Of a DNA stretch of 64,000 bases, positions 59,519 to 64,000 are shown piece by piece. A program made the position numbers and the translations under genes. The notes under the pieces are model-generated. The model searched no databases, was not told the origin of the DNA, and saw nothing but the letters and a program-made list of their open reading frames with translations. Numbering within the stretch: position 1 is the first letter of the stretch; every line of letters begins with the position of its first letter. Location: positions 21,514,001-21,578,000 of the forward strand of contig CM068742.1 of assembly GCA_035084275.1 (NCBI GenBank). Direction: 5' to 3'. This DNA is from Hydrolagus colliei (Eukaryota).

Positions 59519-60710
59519 GAGGGTAGTGCAGTTGATGTAGTTTATATGGACTTTTGAAACGCATTTGACAAAGTGCCACATGAAAGGCTTATAAAGAAAA
59601 TAGAGACCCACGGCGTAAAAGGGACAGTGGCAGCATGGATCCAGAACTGGCTGGGAGACAGAAAGCAGAGTGTTGTGGTGAACGGCTGCTTTTCCAACTG
59701 GAGGGAAGTGTACAGTGGCGTCCCCGAGGGATTGGTATTAGGACCACTGCTCTTTTTAATTTATATTGCTGCTCTGGACTTGGGTATAGGGAGTACCATT
59801 TCCAAGTTTGCAGATGACACAAAGTTAGGAAAACTAGTAAATAGTGAGGAGGATAGTAGTCATCTGCAAGAAGATAGAGATGGAATGGTAAAATGGGCAG
59901 ATGAAGTTTAATATAGAGAAATATGAGGAGAAATGAAGGGAGGCAATATAGGCTCGGTAGTGCAATTAAGGTGTGTGAAGGAACAGAGAGACCTGGGGGT
60001 TTGTGTGAGTAATTCTTTGAAGGTGGCAGGACAGGTAGACAAGGCTATCAAAAAAGCATACGGAACACTAGGCTTTATAAATATGGGCATAGAGTACAAA
60101 AGTCAGGAAGTTCTAACTAAACTCTATAAAACTTTGGTTAGACCTCAGCTAGAGTCCTGTGTACAATACTGGTCACCACACTTCAGGAAGGATGTTAAGG
60201 CATTGGAAAGGGTGCAGAGGAGATTTACTAGGATGGTACCAGGAATGAGCGACTTCAGCTATTAGGAAAGTCTTGAAAGGCTAGATTTATTCTGATTGGA
60301 ACAGAGAAGGTTGCAAGGAGACCTAATAGATGTTTTTAAGATCATGAGGGGATTCGACAGAGTAGGTAGGGAAAAACTGTTTCAACTGGTGGGCGTATCA
60401 GTGATTCGTGCTCACAGATTTAAAATAGTTTCAAAAAGAAGCAGAGGGGAGATGAGGAGAAACTTTTTCACCCAGCGAGTTGTTCGAATCTGGAATGCAT
60501 TGCCTGAAAAGGTAGTGGAGGTCAATTCAATAACAACTTTTAAAAGAGAGGTAGACATTTATATGGGGAGGATCGGTTTGCGAGGTTATGGGCAGAGAGT
60601 TGGGGAGTGGGATTGAATTGCTCTTTTTATAGAGCTGGCACAGATTTGAAGGGCTGAATGGCCTCCTTTTGTGCCGTAAGATTCTATGATTCTATGATTC
60701 TATTCTATGA
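59519..60710 (+). mobile_element. CR1-type LINE RT to 3' end, same subfamily as 56060-57355 and 36631-37829
   Basis: SKFADDTKL, LYKTLVRPQLESCVQYWSP, RNFFTQRVVRIWNALP and a (ttctatga)n tail at about 60682-60708. Confidence 0.92.
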
Positions 60711-61144
60711 AGGTGGAAGCAGTAGGCCAGAGGTTGTCACTTTCATCTGGGGGAAACTTTCCAGCATCATCTCGGTTGGGAAATCTGTGCGGATAAAGGA
60801 AAATAAATATATTGCAACCGGAGACTTTTCTTCTTTTCCTTGTTTGATTATTAATGTGTATCAAGTTTCCCAGTTGATCACGGACTCCCTCCCTCTATTG
60901 ACCCACATGGCCCTTCCTGCCAGTTATTCCAAGTTTGATTTGAAGATAAATAAAAAAGGAATTTATTTTATTTTTGCTTATTTGTTCACAACAATTATTG
61001 AATCCATTTTGTGAACACGGTGGGAAAATTAGGATTGTGGAATTACAGAATGATGGAAATCTTCCCATTGAGACTCTGCTGGTAGAAAAGGGACAGATCT
61101 CGTCAACATCTCCATTCGCACGGCTCCCACCTCCTCCACCTTCC

Positions 61145-61890
61145 CAGTCTGCCCCTAAAACTCTCCGAACCTGTGCGCGTCATAGACATCAGGTTCGACC
61201 CCCAGTTGTCCTTCGTCCATCACATCCAGTCCCTCACCAGCATCGCCTTCTTCCACCTCCAACGGAATGCCCATCTCCGGCAATACCTCACCCCAAAAGC
61301 CGCTGAAATCCTGGTCCACACCTTTGTCACCTCTTGGCTGGTCTACTCCAATGCCCTCCTCGACAGTCTCCCCTCCTCCACAATCCACAGAGTCCAGCTG
61401 ATTCAGAACTCTGCTGCCCGCGTTCTCACCCGCACCAAACATTGCTCCCCCATTACCCCAGTCCTTGCCAGCCTCCACTGGCTCCCTGTCCCCAAGAGGA
61501 TCGATTTCAAGATCCTCACCCTTGTCTTCAAATCCCTCTACTCCTCTGCACCCCCCCTACCTCTCTGACCTCCTCTCTCCTCTCCTCACCCGTTGCCTTC
61601 ACTCCACTGGGTCTGGCCTGCTCCATGTCCCCCGAATCCTCCGCTCCGCCCTCGGCGGCCGTGCCTTCAGCCACTATGCCCTGAGGCTCTGGAATTCCCT
61701 TCCTCACTCCCTTCGCCTTGCGCCCTCTTTTCCCAGTTTCAGGTCCCAGCTAAAGACCTTTCTCTTCGACCGCGCCTTTGGTCACCTTTCTACCCCTGCC
61801 CCTGACTCGGTCCCAGGATCCATTATTGTGAAGTGCTCTGAGACACCGTCCGGCATGGAGGGCACTATATAAATCGAAGTTGTTGTTGTA
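61145..61890 (+). mobile_element. L2-type LINE 3' fragment
   Basis: FDPQLSF, IQNSAARVLT, LHWLPVPKRIDFKILTL, FSHYALRLWNSLP and a (ttg)n tail. Confidence 0.9.
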
Positions 61891-61944
61891 GTTAATTATT
61901 TTTCCCAAATATACTTTCAAAAAACTGGATATTGGACTGAGTCT

Positions 61945-62350
61945 GAGTGAGTGTGGGCCTGGTGTGTGTGTGTGTGTGGGGGAGTGTGTTGGCCTGGGTG
62001 GATGTGAATGTGTGGGGGCCAGGGTCTGTGTGAGCCTGAGGTGATGTAAATGTGTGTGAGTGTGGATATGAGTGTATGTGGTTTTATGTGAATATGGGTA
62101 TGTCTGTGTGTAGATATGAGTGTGTATGGGTGTGTGAATGTATGTGGATGTGAGTGTCTGGATGTGTGTGGATGTGAGTGTATGTGTGTGGATGAGAGTG
62201 TGTGTAGATGAGAGTTTGTGAGTGGATGTGAGTGTGTGTGGATATGAATGTGTGTGGGTCTGGGTGGATGTGAGTGTTTGCACGTGTGTGGTTGTGAGTA
62301 TGAATTGAGTGTCTTTGTTTAGAATGTATGAGTGTGGCTGACTGTGTGTT
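61945..62350. repeat. Degenerate GT-rich simple repeat
   Basis: gtgtgtgtgg / gatgtgagtg units. Explains the spurious H/T-rich minus ORF. Confidence 0.85.
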
Positions 62351-62597
62351 TAAGTGAATATGTTGCTGGACGCGGATATGTTTCTGGGTATGAAGTATTA
62401 ATTTGAACGGGAAATATTTAGCAAAATCTTTTATCTGATGGGAGTTGGCATCTTGTCATGGTTGGCAAACGCAGAAGAATTCTTTCCTACTGTTCCAGTC
62501 TTCTGTAGAAATGTTTAATTTACTGATCACTTCCTTCGTCTCAATGACAGATGATTTGTCATGTTTAGACTATAACATTGTCTTTCCTTGTGTCCAA

Positions 62598-63463
62598 TAG
62601 GGTCCGGCAATATATCGATATATCGCTAAAACCCAATATAATTTTCACATCGATATGACGATATAGACATTTCAAGAATATCGATATATCGAAAAATTGA
62701 TATATCGAGGTAAAAAATCGGGATGCGAGCACACTGAACTACAAGACCCAGAATGCTCATCTCTATACACAATGCACAGACGAAGGGGCAAAGCCGCCAT
62801 ATTGTATTCACAGTCCTCGAATACAATATACAGGTATGCAAGGGGTGGGGGTGAGAGAGATGGCTGGGGGGTGGGGTGGGGGGTGAGGGGGAGGGAGACT
62901 GCTGGGGGAGGGGCCACGGGGAGAGAGACGACTGGGGGGTGGGGGAGAGAGATGGCTGGGGGGAGAAGGGGAGAGAGACGGCTGGGGGGAGGGGGAGAGA
63001 GACGGCTGGGGAGAGAGGGAGGGAGACGGCTGGGGGGAGGGGGAGAGAGACGGCTGGGGGGAGAAAGTTGGCTGGAGGGGGGAGAGAGATGGCTGGGGGG
63101 GGGAGGGAGAGAGAGATGGCGGTGGGGGAGGGAGAAATAGACGGCTGGGGGGGTGGTGGGCGAGAGAGACGACGGGGGTGGGGGAGAGAGGGAGAGAGAC
63201 ACAGATACACACAGACAGAAAAACACAAAGATGGAGAGAGTGAGAGACACACAGAGAGAATGATATTTACCTCCTGAGAAGATAGGCCCCAAATGCGCGT
63301 GCACCCGGAATGCGCGCGCACCAGGAACGCGCGCGCATTCCGAATGCACGCACCGCGCGCGCATGTGCAGTACGAAAAACCCGAAAATATCGATATTTCG
63401 GTATATCTCGATATGAGCCCATCGATATATTTAATCGGAAAATTTCCATATCGACGGACCCTA
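62598..63463. mobile_element. Non-coding hAT MITE (866 bp) related to copies 1 and 2, opposite orientation
   Basis: TIRs TAGGGTCCGGCAATAT and (reverse complement) TAGGGTCCGTCGATAT, with exact 8-bp TSD GTGTCCAA (62590-62597 and 63464-63471). ATCGAT-rich subterminal repeats, GCGCGTGCA block and a G/A-rich minisatellite. Confidence 0.92.
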
Positions 63464-63694
63464 GTGTCCAAGTCACTTTGACGTGAGGTAGTGCATTAGC
63501 CACAACACAGATCAGCATTACAGCGGATTCCATCAGAACCTGTTTCTGTGAAGGCGGCAGGAAATAGACCTTGACATCTCCACAGGGACCCTCAGTTTCT
63601 AGAAAATGAAAAGAAGCTTCAAAGTCAAATAATAGCCACTATCAATGATAATAATAATAATAATAATAATCCATGCCTTTGAGGTAGCATTTTG

Positions 63695-64000
63695 CACATA
63701 AGAACATAAGAACATACGAATTAGGAGCAGGAGTAGGCCATTCGGCCCTTTGAGCCTGCCCCACCATTCAATAAGATCATGGCTGATCTTCTCACCGAAC
63801 TCTGATTACCTGTCCTATCCCCATATCCCCTCATCCCTCTATTTTTCAAAAATCTATCAGTCTCAGCCTTGAAAATGTTCAAGGACTGAGCATCTACAGC
63901 CTTCTGGGGTAGTGAATTCCATAAATTCACTACCCTCTGAATGAAGAAATGTTTCCTCAACTCTGTTCTAAAAGGCTGACCCTTAATTTTAAGACTGTGA
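63695..64000 (-). mobile_element. CR1 3' end, runs off the window edge
   Basis: (cataagaa)n tail and RKHFFIQRVVNLWNSLPQKAVDAQSLNIFKAE. Very similar to 4038-4330. Confidence 0.9.

Noticed and set aside
48200-64000. Search for a downstream gene such as CLGN and for a defined poly(A) site
   Set aside because: No exon with recognisable protein similarity was found. Several AATAAA occur (about 49512, 49906, 50880), but none can be assigned without transcripts.

Overview
Vertebrate genomic DNA. The repeat profile (CR1 and L2 LINEs, tRNA/Deu-domain SINEs, Penelope hairpin inserts) suggests a cartilaginous fish; this is inference. The only host gene I can support is the 3' part of an MGAT4-family GlcNAc-transferase on the + strand. 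It has 8 phase-consistent GT-AG exons from 8801 to 48172 encoding 283 aa plus a stop, and is closest to MGAT4B/MGAT4D; its upstream exons were not found in the window. The rest is repeat-rich intron and downstream DNA. Highlights: (1) a decayed, partially tandem Penelope-like element at 35860-41514 with an SGNH-like ORF1, a hammerhead ribozyme motif and (CCCTAA)n-like tracts; (2) three hAT elements with TAGGG-terminal TIRs and exact 8-bp TSDs, two carrying a BED-finger mini-ORF; (3) a Penelope-type inverted-repeat insert with a second hammerhead motif just upstream of the terminal exon; (4) Tigger-like MITEs and a consensus CTCF site. All alignments were done by eye against remembered family motifs. 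No database search was run, and LINE/SINE boundaries are approximate.
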